From an uncultured Bacteroidales bacterium (GTDB lineage: Bacteria > Bacteroidota > Bacteroidia > Bacteroidales > Porphyromonadaceae), in the NCBI GenBank assembly GCA_902489445.1, contig CABTZX010000001.1, positions 38,606 through 102,605 on the forward strand: a stretch of DNA of 64,000 nucleotides. Direction: 5' to 3'. Shown here in pieces: positions 17,748 through 29,500 of this stretch (position 1 is its first letter; each line of letters opens with the position of its first letter). The position numbers and the translations under genes were made by a program. The notes beneath the pieces are model-generated. The model saw only the letters and a list, made by a program, of their open reading frames with translations, did not search any database and was not told where the DNA came from.

Positions 17748-20213
17748 ATGTCCCAAGTTCTGCGCCTTTTTCCTGAACAATACGAAGCCAAAGTGGATGC
17801 TTTGCGGCTGCGCGCTCTCATTGTGGCGGAATGCGGCAGCGAACCGGGTAAAGAAATCATTACCTCCATTGTGCCAACGGCGGATGCCGAAACGCTGAAA
17901 CAACGCTTTGCACCGGTTGCGGAGATGATGAGCCTTTTGCAAACCGGACGGGCTTTGCCGTCCCTTGTCTTTGCCGATTTGCGAAGAGAAATAGCTGCAT
18001 TAGAGCCGGCGGGGAGCTATCTGAGCGAAGAACAGTTGGCTGATTTGGCGGTATTGCTCCGCAGTGCTGAGGCGTTGTATCGCTTTTTGTCGGTAAACGA
18101 TTCGGAAGATACGAATGCCGAGGCGGGTTATCCCACGCTGAAGGCATTGCTCGGAAGCGAGTTTCTTCTTCCTGAGCTTGCTGATCGAATAGAATCTCTG
18201 CTGGATCGCTTCGGAAGAATCAAGGATAATGCATCTGTCACGCTCAAAGAACTAAGGAGCGAACAGGCCGCCGTAGTTCGGCAAACGAGCAAACTGACGC
18301 GGTCGCAGCTCGAACTAGCCATACGTGAGGGATGGGCGGAAGAAGGCGCGCAGCCTACACTTAGGGACGGACATTTGCTGATCCCGGTAACGCCGGCGTA
18401 TCGCAAGCTTGTTCCCGGCATCGTTTACGATGAATCTGCTACCGGAAAGACCGTATTTATCGAGCCTTTGGCCGTAGTAGAGAGCAACAACCGACTACGC
18501 GAATTGGAAATAGCCGAGCGCAAAGAGATTATCCGCATATTGATTGAAACAGCTGATCGTATTCGTCCCTCTATACCGCTAATAGGTCGTCTCTACGAAG
18601 TTATGGGCAAGGTGGATGCTTTGCACGCTGTGGCGCGCTATTCCCTTAGGATAAATGCCTGCATGCCGCCGATAAAGAGCGAACCGCACATGCGTTGGTT
18701 CAAAGCGCGACACCCGTTGCTCGAAGCCGCTTTAAAGCAACAAGGACGGGAATTGGTTCCTTTGGATATTTGCTTGGAAGCGCCAAAAGGGCGCATCTTA
18801 TTGGTATCCGGCCCGAATGCCGGTGGTAAATCGGTTTGCCTCAAGACGTGCGCTCTGCTGCAATATATGCTGCAATGTGGCTTTCCCATCCCTGTTTCGC
18901 CCGATTCCGAGGCGGGCGTTTTCAGCGCATTGGCAATCAATATTGGCGATGATCAATCTATTGATGACGATCTCAGTACCTATAGTTCGCACTTAGCGGC
19001 TATGAAGGCGTTCTGTCGCATCGCTTCGCCCGAAAGCCTGCTACTGGTAGACGAATTCGGCGCCGGTACGGAACCCGAGCTGGGAGGTGCTATTGCCGAG
19101 GCGCTCCTCAAGCATTTCAACGAACATGGAAGCTTTGGCATCATAACTACGCACTATGCCAATCTGAAGCAGTTTGCCTCGGAACACGAAGGAATTATCA
19201 ACGGAGCTATGTGTTACGACCGCTCCGCCATGAAGCCGCTCTTTAAGTTGGAGATTGGGCGACCGGGCAGTTCGTTCGCCTTAGAGATAGCACATCGGAG
19301 CGGTTTGCCTGTGGAGGTACTCGATTATGCTAAGGAAATTGTGGGCGAAGAGCGTTTGCACAGCGAACGTTACCTAATGGATATTGCTCGCGACCGTAAC
19401 TATTGGCACCGCAAGCGCGAGGAAATACGCATACAAAGCAAGAAGCAGGATGCCGTTACCGAGAAGTATGAAGCGGCTTTGGAGAAGATTCGCAACGAAC
19501 GTACATCGCTTATTGAGGAGGCTCGTAAAGAAGCGACGCAGCTCTTGGCGGAAGCAAACGCACGCATAGAGGGGACTATTCGCCAAATTAAGGAAAGTGG
19601 CGCGGAAAAGGAGGCAACGCGCGTTGCCCGGGAAGCATTGGAAAGCTATAAAGAGCAGCATCAATCCAAGCAACAAAGCGCATCTTCCGAGCATCCTTTG
19701 CTGCCGAAAAGCAAGCGAAAGAAGAAGATTGAGCGCAAAGCTCCGATTCCATTCGTTCCGGCACCTGGAGTGCGCGTCCGCATCAAAGGAACTGAGGTGG
19801 AGGGAACTATCTTGGAAATAAAAGGGGATAAGGCGGTAATCGCCTTGGGAGGTGCTATGAGCAGCACCAAACCGCTCTCTGAACTGGAACGCGCCAAGCG
19901 TCCCAACGCGCCGGCTCCCGTACAGCGTGCATCCTCCAACATAACGGAGCATTTGCACGAAAAGCGGATGCACTTTAAAGAGGAGCTTGACGTGCGTGGA
20001 ATGCGTGCTGCCGATGCGCTCGTGGCTGTAGATTATTTTTTGGATGAGGCGGTACAGGCCGGCGTGCCTCAGGTGCGTCTGCTACACGGAACAGGTACCG
20101 GTGCGTTGCGACAAAGCATTCGGGAAGATCTTTCCTCCAAGCCTTTTGTGAAGCGCTTCTATGACGAAGACGTGCGCTTTGGTGGCGCCGGAATCACCAT
20201 TGTAGAGCTTTAA
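17748..20213 (+). CDS. mutS2: endonuclease MutS2 (MutS domains plus C-terminal Smr)
   Basis: 821 aa. Walker A LVSGPNAGGKSV, a long coiled-coil linker and a C-terminal Smr domain (LHGTGTGALR). Starts 5 nt after the rseP stop. Confidence 0.9.
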   Translation: MSQVLRLFPEQYEAKVDALRLRALIVAECGSEPGKEIITSIVPTADAETLKQRFAPVAEMMSLLQTGRALPSLVFADLRREIAALEPAGSYLSEEQLADLAVLLRSAEALYRFLSVNDSEDTNAEAGYPTLKALLGSEFLLPELADRIESLLDRFGRIKDNASVTLKELRSEQAAVVRQTSKLTRSQLELAIREGWAEEGAQPTLRDGHLLIPVTPAYRKLVPGIVYDESATGKTVFIEPLAVVESNNRLRELEIAERKEIIRILIETADRIRPSIPLIGRLYEVMGKVDALHAVARYSLRINACMPPIKSEPHMRWFKARHPLLEAALKQQGRELVPLDICLEAPKGRILLVSGPNAGGKSVCLKTCALLQYMLQCGFPIPVSPDSEAGVFSALAINIGDDQSIDDDLSTYSSHLAAMKAFCRIASPESLLLVDEFGAGTEPELGGAIAEALLKHFNEHGSFGIITTHYANLKQFASEHEGIINGAMCYDRSAMKPLFKLEIGRPGSSFALEIAHRSGLPVEVLDYAKEIVGEERLHSERYLMDIARDRNYWHRKREEIRIQSKKQDAVTEKYEAALEKIRNERTSLIEEARKEATQLLAEANARIEGTIRQIKESGAEKEATRVAREALESYKEQHQSKQQSASSEHPLLPKSKRKKKIERKAPIPFVPAPGVRVRIKGTEVEGTILEIKGDKAVIALGGAMSSTKPLSELERAKRPNAPAPVQRASSNITEHLHEKRMHFKEELDVRGMRAADALVAVDYFLDEAVQAGVPQVRLLHGTGTGALRQSIREDLSSKPFVKRFYDEDVRFGGAGITIVEL

Positions 20214-20280
20214 GCCTACAGAACCCTTACTTTTATCGAGTATTTACCGCTGTCCGATAGGTAGCGCGCTCAGAGTTCTC

Positions 20281-20365
20281 CAAAGGTATATACGTTTCGT
20301 TCGAAAGGTATATACCTTTCCATCAAAAGGTATATAGGTATCGTTTGAAAGTTATATACCTTTTG
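20281..20365. repeat. palindromic-box repeat array, 4 copies, between the convergent mutS2 and pnp 3' ends
   Basis: caaaggtatatacgtttcg / ttcgaaaggtatatacctttcc / atcaaaaggtatataggtatcg / tttgaaagttatatacctttt. Confidence 0.85.
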
Positions 20366-20456
20366 TGGCTCGCCTTCCTGAAGTGATAAAAAGCGAAAGG
20401 GGAGTACGGGAAAAAGCTCCCGACTCCCCTTTGAACGTATCCTTCGTTAGAGGAAA

Positions 20457-22673
20457 TTAGTCTTCAAAACGGCGACTCCCGTTCCGGTGTTCACCACGAT
20501 GTTCTCCATCGCGATTGGTGCGCGGCCGGCGAGCGGGACGCTCCGGTTCCGTCCAATCCTCCGGTTTGGGAAGGAGGGAGCGGTGAGACAGACGATACTT
20601 GCCCGTTTTAGGATCAATTTCTAAGAGCTGAACTCTTATGCTATCGCCTTCCTGCAAGCCGGTATCCTCAATCTTTTCAAAGCGACGCCAATCAATTTCG
20701 CTTATATGTAGCAATCCGTCCTTACCGGGCATAAATTCCACAAACAAGCCGTAAGGCATCACGCTGGTTACCTTAGCATCGTAGATTTCACCAACTTCCG
20801 GTACCGCCACTATAGCCTTAATCATTGCCATAGCCTTATCTAATGCGGCTTTATCGGAGGAGGCCACTTCAACACGTCCTTCGCCTTCGGTTTCTTCTAT
20901 GCTAACGCTTGCGCCGCTCTTTTCTTGAATGCCCTGAATAATCTTACCACCGGGGCCAATGATGGCACCGATAAATTCCTTAGGTACAGTGAAGCATTCC
21001 AAGCGTGGTGCATTGGGCTTCAGATCGGCACGAGGCGCCGGCAGAGCTTCTTCAATCTTTCCGAGGATGTGCATACGTCCTTCGCGAGCCTGTGCAAGTG
21101 CCTTTTCAAGGATATCGTAGCTCAATCCATCCACCTTAATATCCATTTGCGTGGCGGTGATGCCCTTTTCGGTACCGGTTACCTTGAAGTCCATATCGCC
21201 CAAGTGGTCTTCATCGCCGAGAATATCGCTCAAGATGGCGTAATTCTGCCCCTTGTTTTCACTGATTAGCCCCATGGCAATACCTGAAACAGGGCGTTTG
21301 ATGGGCACACCGGCATCCATCAGTGCGAGCGTACCTGCGCAAACTGTTGCCATTGAAGAGCTACCGTTACTTTCAAGGATATCGCTCATTACGCGAACCA
21401 CATAGGGGTAATTATCCGGAATCATATTCTTCAATGCGCGCAAGGCAAGGTTGCCGTGCCCGATTTCACGCCTTCCAACAGCGCGCCACGCCTTTGCTTC
21501 GCCCGTGGAGAAGGGAGGAAAGTTATAATGAAGCAGGAAGCGTTCCTTGCCATGATTAAGCGGATCGTCCACAAGTTTCTCGTCGTCCTTGGTTCCTAAG
21601 GTAACTGTGGAGAGAGATTGCGTTTCGCCTCGCGTGAAAATAGCGCTTCCGTGAGGCATTGGCAGGCAGCTGGTTTCAATCCAAATCGGGCGTATTTCGT
21701 TGGTTTTACGTCCATCCAAACGCTTACCTTCATCCAATACGGCACGACGCATCGCTTCTTTTTCCACATCGTGGTAGTAGCGATCGATCATCATTGCCTT
21801 GGTTTCCAGTTCTTCTTCCGTAAAGGCTTCTTTGTATCCCTCTAACAATGCTTCAAAAGCATCTGTGCGTTCTTGCTTTCCGGTACCGGAAGTGGCAATT
21901 TCGTATGCTTTTTGGTAACATTTGTCGTGTACATCTTTGCGAAGCTCTTCATCGTTTGTTTCGTGACAATAGGCGCGTTTTTCCATTTTGCCTACTGCTT
22001 CGGAGAGCTCGAGCTGTGCTTGACACTGCTTTTTAATAGCTTCGTGTGCCTGTTTGATGGCTTCCAGCATCTCAGCTTCGCTTACTTCTTTCATTTCGCC
22101 CTCTACCATCATGATGTTATCGAGGGTAGCAGCCACCATTAGGTCTATATCCGCCTTTCCCAACTGAGGTGCCGTTGGGTTGATAACCCACTCACCATCA
22201 ATGCGTACGATACGTACTTCGCTGATGGGACCTTCGAAAGGAATATCGGAAACCGCAAGAGCCGCTGAAGCAGCCAAACCTGCCAATGCATCGGGAAGAT
22301 CTTCTTCGCCCGCCGAGAAGAGTACTACATTAACGAAAACTTCAGCGTGAAAATCGCTCGGAAAGAGCGGTCTCAGTGCACGGTCAATCAGTCGGGAGGT
22401 AAGAATTTCATAATCCGATGATTTGCCTTCTCTGCGCGTAAATCCGCCGGGGAACCGTCCCACTGCCGAGAACTTCTCTTTATAATCTACCTGTAAAGGC
22501 ATAAAATCCACATCCGGAGCCGCATCCTTTGCAGCACACACGGTAGCCAGAAGGACCATATTGCCCATTGTTACCGTCACGGCACCATCGGCTTGCTTAG
22601 CCAATTTCCCCGTTTCGATCTTTATGGTTCTACCATCGCCAAGATCGATCAGCTTTGTTACGGGTTTTACCAT
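20457..22673 (-). CDS. pnp: polyribonucleotide nucleotidyltransferase (PNPase)
   Basis: 738 aa. Two RNase PH domains, KH and S1 domains, and an Arg/Gly-rich C-terminal tail. Confidence 0.95.
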   Translation of the reverse strand: MVKPVTKLIDLGDGRTIKIETGKLAKQADGAVTVTMGNMVLLATVCAAKDAAPDVDFMPLQVDYKEKFSAVGRFPGGFTRREGKSSDYEILTSRLIDRALRPLFPSDFHAEVFVNVVLFSAGEEDLPDALAGLAASAALAVSDIPFEGPISEVRIVRIDGEWVINPTAPQLGKADIDLMVAATLDNIMMVEGEMKEVSEAEMLEAIKQAHEAIKKQCQAQLELSEAVGKMEKRAYCHETNDEELRKDVHDKCYQKAYEIATSGTGKQERTDAFEALLEGYKEAFTEEELETKAMMIDRYYHDVEKEAMRRAVLDEGKRLDGRKTNEIRPIWIETSCLPMPHGSAIFTRGETQSLSTVTLGTKDDEKLVDDPLNHGKERFLLHYNFPPFSTGEAKAWRAVGRREIGHGNLALRALKNMIPDNYPYVVRVMSDILESNGSSSMATVCAGTLALMDAGVPIKRPVSGIAMGLISENKGQNYAILSDILGDEDHLGDMDFKVTGTEKGITATQMDIKVDGLSYDILEKALAQAREGRMHILGKIEEALPAPRADLKPNAPRLECFTVPKEFIGAIIGPGGKIIQGIQEKSGASVSIEETEGEGRVEVASSDKAALDKAMAMIKAIVAVPEVGEIYDAKVTSVMPYGLFVEFMPGKDGLLHISEIDWRRFEKIEDTGLQEGDSIRVQLLEIDPKTGKYRLSHRSLLPKPEDWTEPERPARRPRTNRDGEHRGEHRNGSRRFED

Positions 22674-22746
22674 ACTTAATTCGTCTAAATCTTTATTTCA
22701 GTTCTTTTCTTGGTTACAAAGGTAGCCAATTAGCCCGATATGCGTG

Positions 22747-23433
22747 CTAACCGAGCCGAACGGCCTGGAGTACTTGTCGCTTGCCACTTGTGCCGGGGAG
22801 TCGCTCTACTTTATATCCGAGCGCTTGTAATGTTCGGCGTAGCGTACCCTTTACCGTGTACGTAACAAAGAGCCCTTCAGACGGTTGCGCGGCTGCTACA
22901 CGGCTCAATGTCGGCTCGCTCCACAGCTCAGGAACTACGTCCGGCGAAAAGGCGTCGTAATATACCACATCAAAGCACTCATTTGCAAAGCGCGCTTTAC
23001 GGAAGTTTTCGTGCCGTTTCTCCAATTGAAAGAACGGCGTTAGCGCAGTCGTTTGCCCCCAAGGTGCCGTATACAGCGCACGAAGTAGCTCCTCGTCCGT
23101 TGAGGGAAAGCTCAGTTGCTCCCATTCTCTTTGCCGAAGCGGGTAACGCTCGTAGGAAGTATATGTAACGTGTATCCCCAGCTTTGGGGCTTCCATAGCG
23201 GTCAATAGCGCATTAAGCCCTGTGCCGAAGCCCATTTCCAGAATGCGCACGTGGTTCGCATCGGGATGTGTTCGGCAAAAGGCAAGGAGCCCGTTTTGTA
23301 CAAATACGATACGGCTCTCTTCAATGGGACCATAAGTAGAGTGAAAGGTTTGATGATGCCTGCGATCCAGAAAGGTGACTGACCCCTCATCGGTAGGTAC
23401 GGCAATACGAGGTTTCCGAAAAAGATGGAACAT
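22747..23433 (-). CDS. MnmC-type (methyltransferase-domain only, DUF752-like) tRNA 5-methylaminomethyl-2-thiouridine methyltransferase
   Basis: 228 aa. SAM motif ILEMGFGTGLN and a DAFSP motif matching the MnmC methyltransferase domain. No FAD oxidase domain is attached. Confidence 0.65.
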   Translation of the reverse strand: MFHLFRKPRIAVPTDEGSVTFLDRRHHQTFHSTYGPIEESRIVFVQNGLLAFCRTHPDANHVRILEMGFGTGLNALLTAMEAPKLGIHVTYTSYERYPLRQREWEQLSFPSTDEELLRALYTAPWGQTTALTPFFQLEKRHENFRKARFANECFDVVYYDAFSPDVVPELWSEPTLSRVAAAQPSEGLFVTYTVKGTLRRTLQALGYKVERLPGTSGKRQVLQAVRLG

Positions 23434-23472
23434 AGTTATAAGACACTTGAGTAAGGGGTGAAAAGCTACTCG

Positions 23473-23560
23473 GAAAAAGGTATATACCTATCAATGAAGA
23501 TGTATATACCTTTCGAACGAGATGTATATACCTTTCGTTTGAAAACTATATACCTTTTTA
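23473..23560. repeat. palindromic-box repeat array, 4 copies
   Basis: gaaaaaggtatatacctatc / gaagatgtatatacctttcg / cgagatgtatatacctttcg / gaaaactatatacctttt. Confidence 0.85.
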
Positions 23561-23699
23561 TAAGGGGCAATAGGATGGGAAATAAAGGTGCATAGACAGA
23601 CCTTCGCCCTAAAGTATCGGAGCATATCGGAAACTCCCGATACGCTCCAACACCCTCATAGGGGCACAATACTTCCGTAAGAAAGGTTTTCTTCCGGTT

Positions 23700-25853
23700 C
23701 TATGCGTCCTGTTCTTCTTCCGCTTCGTGTTCTTTCAGCAACTTATCCTGAACATCGGTCGGTACCAGCTCATAAGAAGCGAATTTCATCGTGAAGCTCG
23801 CTCTGCCTCCGGTTATGGAGCTGAGTGCGGTAGCATAGTTGCTCAATTCCTTCAGCGGAACTTTAGCCAACAACTGTTCGTAACCCTTTTTGCTGTTCAT
23901 CCCCATTATGATGGCGCGCCGTCCTTGGAGATCGCTCATCACATCACCGATGAATTCGGCCGGTACGTCAACTTCTACGTCATATACCGGTTCCAAAATT
24001 TTGGGAGCAGCTTCGCGGAACGCCGTACTAAAGGCATTTCGTCCGGCAAGCATAAAGGAAACTTCGTTGCTGTCTACCGGGTGCATTTTGCCGTCATATA
24101 CAATTACGCGTACATCACGGGCATAGCTTCCGGTAAGCGGGCCGCGCTCCATCTTTTCCATTATACCTTTTAGGATGGCGGGCATAAAGCGCGTATCAAT
24201 GGCACCGCCTACAACGCTATTTACGTATACTAACTTACCGCCCCATTCCAGAGGTATTTCCTGCGTATCGCGTGGCGTTATTTTGAATTCCTGCGAGCCG
24301 AAGCGGAACGATTCGGGTAGTGCTTTCCCCTCTTCGTAAGGCTCTATAATGAGGTGTACCTCACCGAATTGCCCTGCACCGCCCGATTGCTTCTTGTGCC
24401 GATAGTCCGCACGTGCCGGTTTGGTAATCGTTTCGCGATACGGAATGCGTGGTTCGCTGTATTCAACGGGTATCTTGTCGTTGTTTTCAATACGCCACTT
24501 CAGCGTACGAAGGTGAAATTCGCCCTGACCGCTTACGATGGTTTGCCGCAATTCCTTAGATTGTTCCACAATCCAGGTGGGATCTTCTTCGCACATACGG
24601 TGCAACACTTCGCTCATCTTTTCCGAATCGGACGCATTAACCGCCTTGATGGCGCGCCGATACTTAGAATTGGGGAATTCAACCTCCGGATAACGGTAGG
24701 AAACCTCCTTATCGTTTAGCGCATCGCCACGCCGAACATCCTTCAATTTTACGGTAGCTCCCAAGTCACCGGCTTCGAAGGATTCCACACGCTCACGGAT
24801 CTGCCCCGCGGTAACGTAGAGCTGTCCGATGCGTTCCTTGCTGTCCCGATTGCTGTTCGTTAGGTCCATCCCTTCCTTCAGTGTGCCTTGCATCACCTTA
24901 AAGAAAGATACTTCGCCGATATGCGGCTCTATGGTAGTTTTGAAAAAATAGAGACTTACCGGCTTGGAGGCATCCGGAGCAACCGCCTCACCTTCAGTAG
25001 TTACCGGCGATGTGGCTTCCGTTACACGCGGTGCCAATAGTGCCAATAAGCTCATTAAGCGGCGTACGCCCATATTCTTCATACCGCATGCGGTAAACAC
25101 CGGGTACATTCCTCCGGTGAGTACCCCTTTGCGCATGCCTTGGACAATCTCTTCTTCCGTGAGCGAACCGGCTTCAAAGAAGCGCTCCATAAGGTTTTCT
25201 TCGTGTTCGGCTGCCGATTCGATGAGAGCCTGACGTAACTCTTCTGCCTGAGCCAACTCAGATGCCGGAATATCCAATACTTCCGGCGTGCCACCTTCAG
25301 GACCCCATTGGTACATCTTCATGCTGAGCACGTCCACCATTTGGTTCTTGCTGCCGGCAACCGGGAACTGAATTTGAACTAATTTACCGCCAAAACGCTC
25401 CTTTAGTTGGGATAACGTAGCCTGAAAATCAGCTTTTTCGTCATCGGTCTGGTTAATCAGGAAAAAGATCGGTCGCTTCTTTTCTTCTACATATCTTAGT
25501 TGGTTAATCAGACCCACTTCTATCCCGTACCGCGCATTGACTACTGCTAAGCTGCTGTCCGTCACATTTAATGCCGAAACGGTACCGCCGATAAAGTCAT
25601 CGCTACCGGCGCAATCAATCAAATTCAGCTTCTCGTCCTCCCAAGCAACGCTAAAGAGGGTCGAAAAAACCGTATAGCCATATTCCTTTTCTACGGGGAA
25701 GTAGTCGCACACCGTATTGCCTTGACTCACTTCGCCACGACGTTTTATCACGCCGGCTTCGTAGAGCATCGTCTCAGCGAGAGTCGTTTTGCCCGAACCG
25801 GCACTGCCTAAAAGAGAAATGTTGCGGATGTCCGCTGTTTTGTACACTTTCAT
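23700..25853 (-). CDS. elongation factor G-family GTPase (EF-G paralog)
   Basis: 717 aa. The G1 motif SAGSGKTT and the five-domain EF-G architecture are present, but the N-terminus is divergent (MKVYKTADIRNISLLG), suggesting EF-G2 or a ribosome-associated paralog rather than canonical fusA. Confidence 0.8.
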   Translation of the reverse strand: MKVYKTADIRNISLLGSAGSGKTTLAETMLYEAGVIKRRGEVSQGNTVCDYFPVEKEYGYTVFSTLFSVAWEDEKLNLIDCAGSDDFIGGTVSALNVTDSSLAVVNARYGIEVGLINQLRYVEEKKRPIFFLINQTDDEKADFQATLSQLKERFGGKLVQIQFPVAGSKNQMVDVLSMKMYQWGPEGGTPEVLDIPASELAQAEELRQALIESAAEHEENLMERFFEAGSLTEEEIVQGMRKGVLTGGMYPVFTACGMKNMGVRRLMSLLALLAPRVTEATSPVTTEGEAVAPDASKPVSLYFFKTTIEPHIGEVSFFKVMQGTLKEGMDLTNSNRDSKERIGQLYVTAGQIRERVESFEAGDLGATVKLKDVRRGDALNDKEVSYRYPEVEFPNSKYRRAIKAVNASDSEKMSEVLHRMCEEDPTWIVEQSKELRQTIVSGQGEFHLRTLKWRIENNDKIPVEYSEPRIPYRETITKPARADYRHKKQSGGAGQFGEVHLIIEPYEEGKALPESFRFGSQEFKITPRDTQEIPLEWGGKLVYVNSVVGGAIDTRFMPAILKGIMEKMERGPLTGSYARDVRVIVYDGKMHPVDSNEVSFMLAGRNAFSTAFREAAPKILEPVYDVEVDVPAEFIGDVMSDLQGRRAIIMGMNSKKGYEQLLAKVPLKELSNYATALSSITGGRASFTMKFASYELVPTDVQDKLLKEHEAEEEQDA

Positions 25854-26466
25854 GGTACCTTACTACCTAATATTTTGTTACTTTCAATTAGCTCTTTCCT
25901 GCATTTACCAAGGAATGTGCCGGCATGCCATAGGCTCTGATTTGCGCTTATAGGTATGCTTTTGGGTGCCTATTCCCTGCAAATGCGCTGCAAGTTACCA
26001 AATTATTCTCAATGACACAACAACTGCGTAATAATTGACACAATGCTACATTTTATTACCCATCCTGCGTGCTATTTGCTAAGACGTTCCTTTGCACATG
26101 TAAACTATGAAGAATGACTAAACGCATCTATTCCCATCTCTTGTGACTGATCTTATTAGTGATAAATAAGAAAGAGGGTATTGTGTCAATTATTTGTTAT
26201 CCGTATTTGATAGATGATATTCATCATTAAAGGAATGCCTCCTTTTCGTCTAACTGTAGCAATGAGGCCTATGCGAAAAGGGTCGGTAAGATATACTCAC
26301 AATACCCCAATTTTTGATGGACAGCTTCCTCATAAAAGATGATTTCTATATTTCTATCGTTTGCACGATGGTGCGGATTCATAGCAAAAAAACAAATTTC
26401 CGAGAATAGGAGTGATCAAATAATAGAAACAAACTTAATACTGCTTTTACATACAATAGTTATTGA

Positions 26467-26474
26467 TAACTTTG
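26467..26474 (+). promoter_or_regulatory. candidate -7 element TAACTTTG upstream of the giant ORF
   Basis: Matches TAnnTTTG, about 36 nt upstream of the ATG at 26510. Confidence 0.25.
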
Positions 26475-26509
26475 GGCAAGAAATGTTAGGGGTGTAGTGT
26501 GACATAGTT

Positions 26510-29500
26510 ATGTGGAGGTTCAATGAAAATATAAAAGAAATAAGAGCTAAGGCAGAAAGAGATTTTACTAATAGAGTTTTTTCCACTATAGCTCCATTCT
26601 ATAATACTAAAATAACTGCTGGGAACTTAAAAGAAATAAGAACTAAAGTAGAGGATGATTTTACTAGAAGAGCTAATCATGTAGCTGGGTTATTAGGAAT
26701 AAATCTAATTGGTATCACTACTAATATTGAAAACTTTGGTTTAGAAAAAGGTAAGACAGCTGCTGAAGCTATGGCTAATTTATCCTATACTTTTGAATTA
26801 GAAGGTCCTTCAGAAAAGACAGCATTATTTGCTTCATTAGTTAATGACTTAGGATATGAACCGCAAGAAACAGTTATAACTTCTAAAGTAGTTAACTCTG
26901 CTGAAGAAGCTGATGCTGTACAAATAACCTACCCATTAGGTAATAAGAGTAGAAAAGAAACATTAGAACTAATAAATAAACTAGGCATAGAAAATTATTC
27001 TATTGACCCTAGAACTAATGTAATAACTGTCACTGTATTTAATCAGAAGAATGGTAAACTTACATTGACAGCAGAAGAAGCAGAAAAACAAAGAACATTA
27101 AGTGAAGAATTATATGGTAAAGAAAGAAGTGGATGGAAGTGCTCCGCAAAATTCCTCAAATCAGATTATCTCAATACGAGAGTTCGTAGAGAAATTTATG
27201 CCAGAGAGCTTGAAAGAGATGGAAACAGAGGAAAGCAACAAGACATACGTCTTCATAAGAAACTCAAAGCAGGATTAAAAGAAACTACAACTAGTCTACA
27301 AGATACAAGTAGACAAAGAGGGAGTCAATTCTTTGGAGAACACGATGCTATATCTAGTAATATTGTAGTAGTAAATGAGAGTAATTCAGGTGAAGAAAAC
27401 TCAATAACAAGAAGAAATACTGAAAAGGAAATAAAAGAAAATGCTAGAATAAGTATTCCCTTAGGTAAAAGCATTGGTGATATTATCTCAGGGAGAAGAA
27501 CAGCTATAACTATAGAAAGAAATAATGCAACTAAGCGTGATTTTTACATCTTAAAAGATATAGAGGCTGGGCAAATATTCTCTATTAAAGATAACTCTGG
27601 AAAAACAGTTTTTGTTAGAGCCACAAAAAAACTACATAAAGTAAAGAGAGAAGGTGTTGGTGATGAATGGGCTGAAAGAAACTTTGGTGACACAAGAGAA
27701 AGAGAAATCTTTGCTACAAAAGATAATAGAGAGTTTTCTGAAGTAGAGTTCGAGTATGTAGGTGATAAAATAGATGCCTTATTAAATAAAGATAAAATAC
27801 TAGAAGAAATTAAAAGTATATTTGAGAGAGCTCTAGATAATGGTTCTCGGGATTTTAGATTAGATTTTGCTAGTGGAATAAGTGATCCTGATGTAATAAA
27901 TAGAGTTGTAGAATATATCAACAGTGTAGCTGATGATTTTGGATGTATTCCTTTTAATGTTATATTTCCGGAGAATTTAAATACAGGTAAGCTCAATATA
28001 ACAGCACAAGAAGAAACAGAAAGTGATACCACAACTAATAGTTCAGTATCTATAGAACAAAGAAGAAAACTTAATCAGACATTTGACCCTAAGAGGAGAA
28101 AAGCTAGAGCTAACCTTATAGCTAGATATTTTAGTAATTACTTGGATGCTAAAGTAGCAAAATTTGATAAGAGAGTACAAGAAGCTTTAACTAGTGATAC
28201 CGTATCTGAAGAAGATAAACAAGAATTAAGAGCTTTTCTAGCTACATTGGAAGCTACAGGAAGTAAGAGACTAGAAGTATTACGGAGAATAGGACCTAAA
28301 AAGATATTAGAAAAGATAAGAAATTCTTTAAATAAAACACTTAATGATACATTAAGTGGTAATAGAGAGAAAATTATAGAGGGAAAGAAAAAAAACGCTC
28401 TTAGGAAAAATCCAAATCTTACAGAAGAACAATTAGAAGCTGATGCTAATAATTTTATTAAAAACATAGTAGAAAAATATCCTGCTATAATAGAGAATTT
28501 TACAGCTCTAGCTGAGGAAGCTATTCCTATGATTAATAAAAGAGAGCAAATAACTATAAATGAAGATAGTGTTCTCTCTTATATTAACTCTCAGGAAAGT
28601 ATGTTTCAAGAAGAGTTTAATGAAGATGGTACTGAAGATATTGTAGACATGGAGGAACAACCTAAAGATCATTTTCTCTCTGACTTTAGAACTACTTCTT
28701 CACAAGAAACAATGTCTATGAGAGTTAGGAAGAGATTAGGTGAAATAATAAAAATAAATCCTGATGGTACTCCTGTATTAGATGATATGTATATGGGTGT
28801 ATATCTAAATGAAGATGAAGTATATTCTACACTTAAAAGAGATTTGTCTAGTATGGTCACTTCTGAGGATATGATTCCTTTATTAGAGGAATCAGCTAAA
28901 ACTAAACCTTGGGTAAAGCAAGTAATACAAACAGTAGAGAGAGATCTTTTATTTAAGACTCAATTATACCACAATATGAGAAGTGATTTCCAAGAATATT
29001 GGGTACAAGAAAAGTCTAAGGAATCTAAAGGATTTAATACATTACCTATTAATAGAAAATCAGGTATATGGCATATGCTTGAATCTTGGAAGAATAATGT
29101 AGAAGGTGATAATGTATTAACTACTACTAATACTAATGATAAATATGGTAGTATCTATGATAATAATGGTAATATTATTAAAGAGAATATAAAGAAAGCA
29201 AAAACATCATTTTTAAATATAAGACGAATATTAAGGGGTATAAAAGATATTAATGAGTTAGATAAAAATTTTTATAGAGATGTCACTAATTTATTAAAAT
29301 CTTTTGGAATAAATGTGGGGATTGATACAGTAGAACAAACAATAAAAGTAAATAAACCTGAAGAAGTATATGCTGGAATTAGTCCTCTGGTAATAATTAC
29401 AGATGTAGTAGAAAAAGATAATATAACTACTACTAATAATTTTTATAAAAAATTCAGCACAGCCTATTCTAATATAGCTAAATTCTTTGCTCCAGCTATG

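Noticed and set aside
19374-19973. 199-aa minus-strand ORF antisense to mutS2; similarly 62371..62895(-) antisense to leuS and 20925..21269(+) antisense to pnp
   Set aside because: They lie entirely within well-supported conserved genes on the opposite strand, with no protein-like features.
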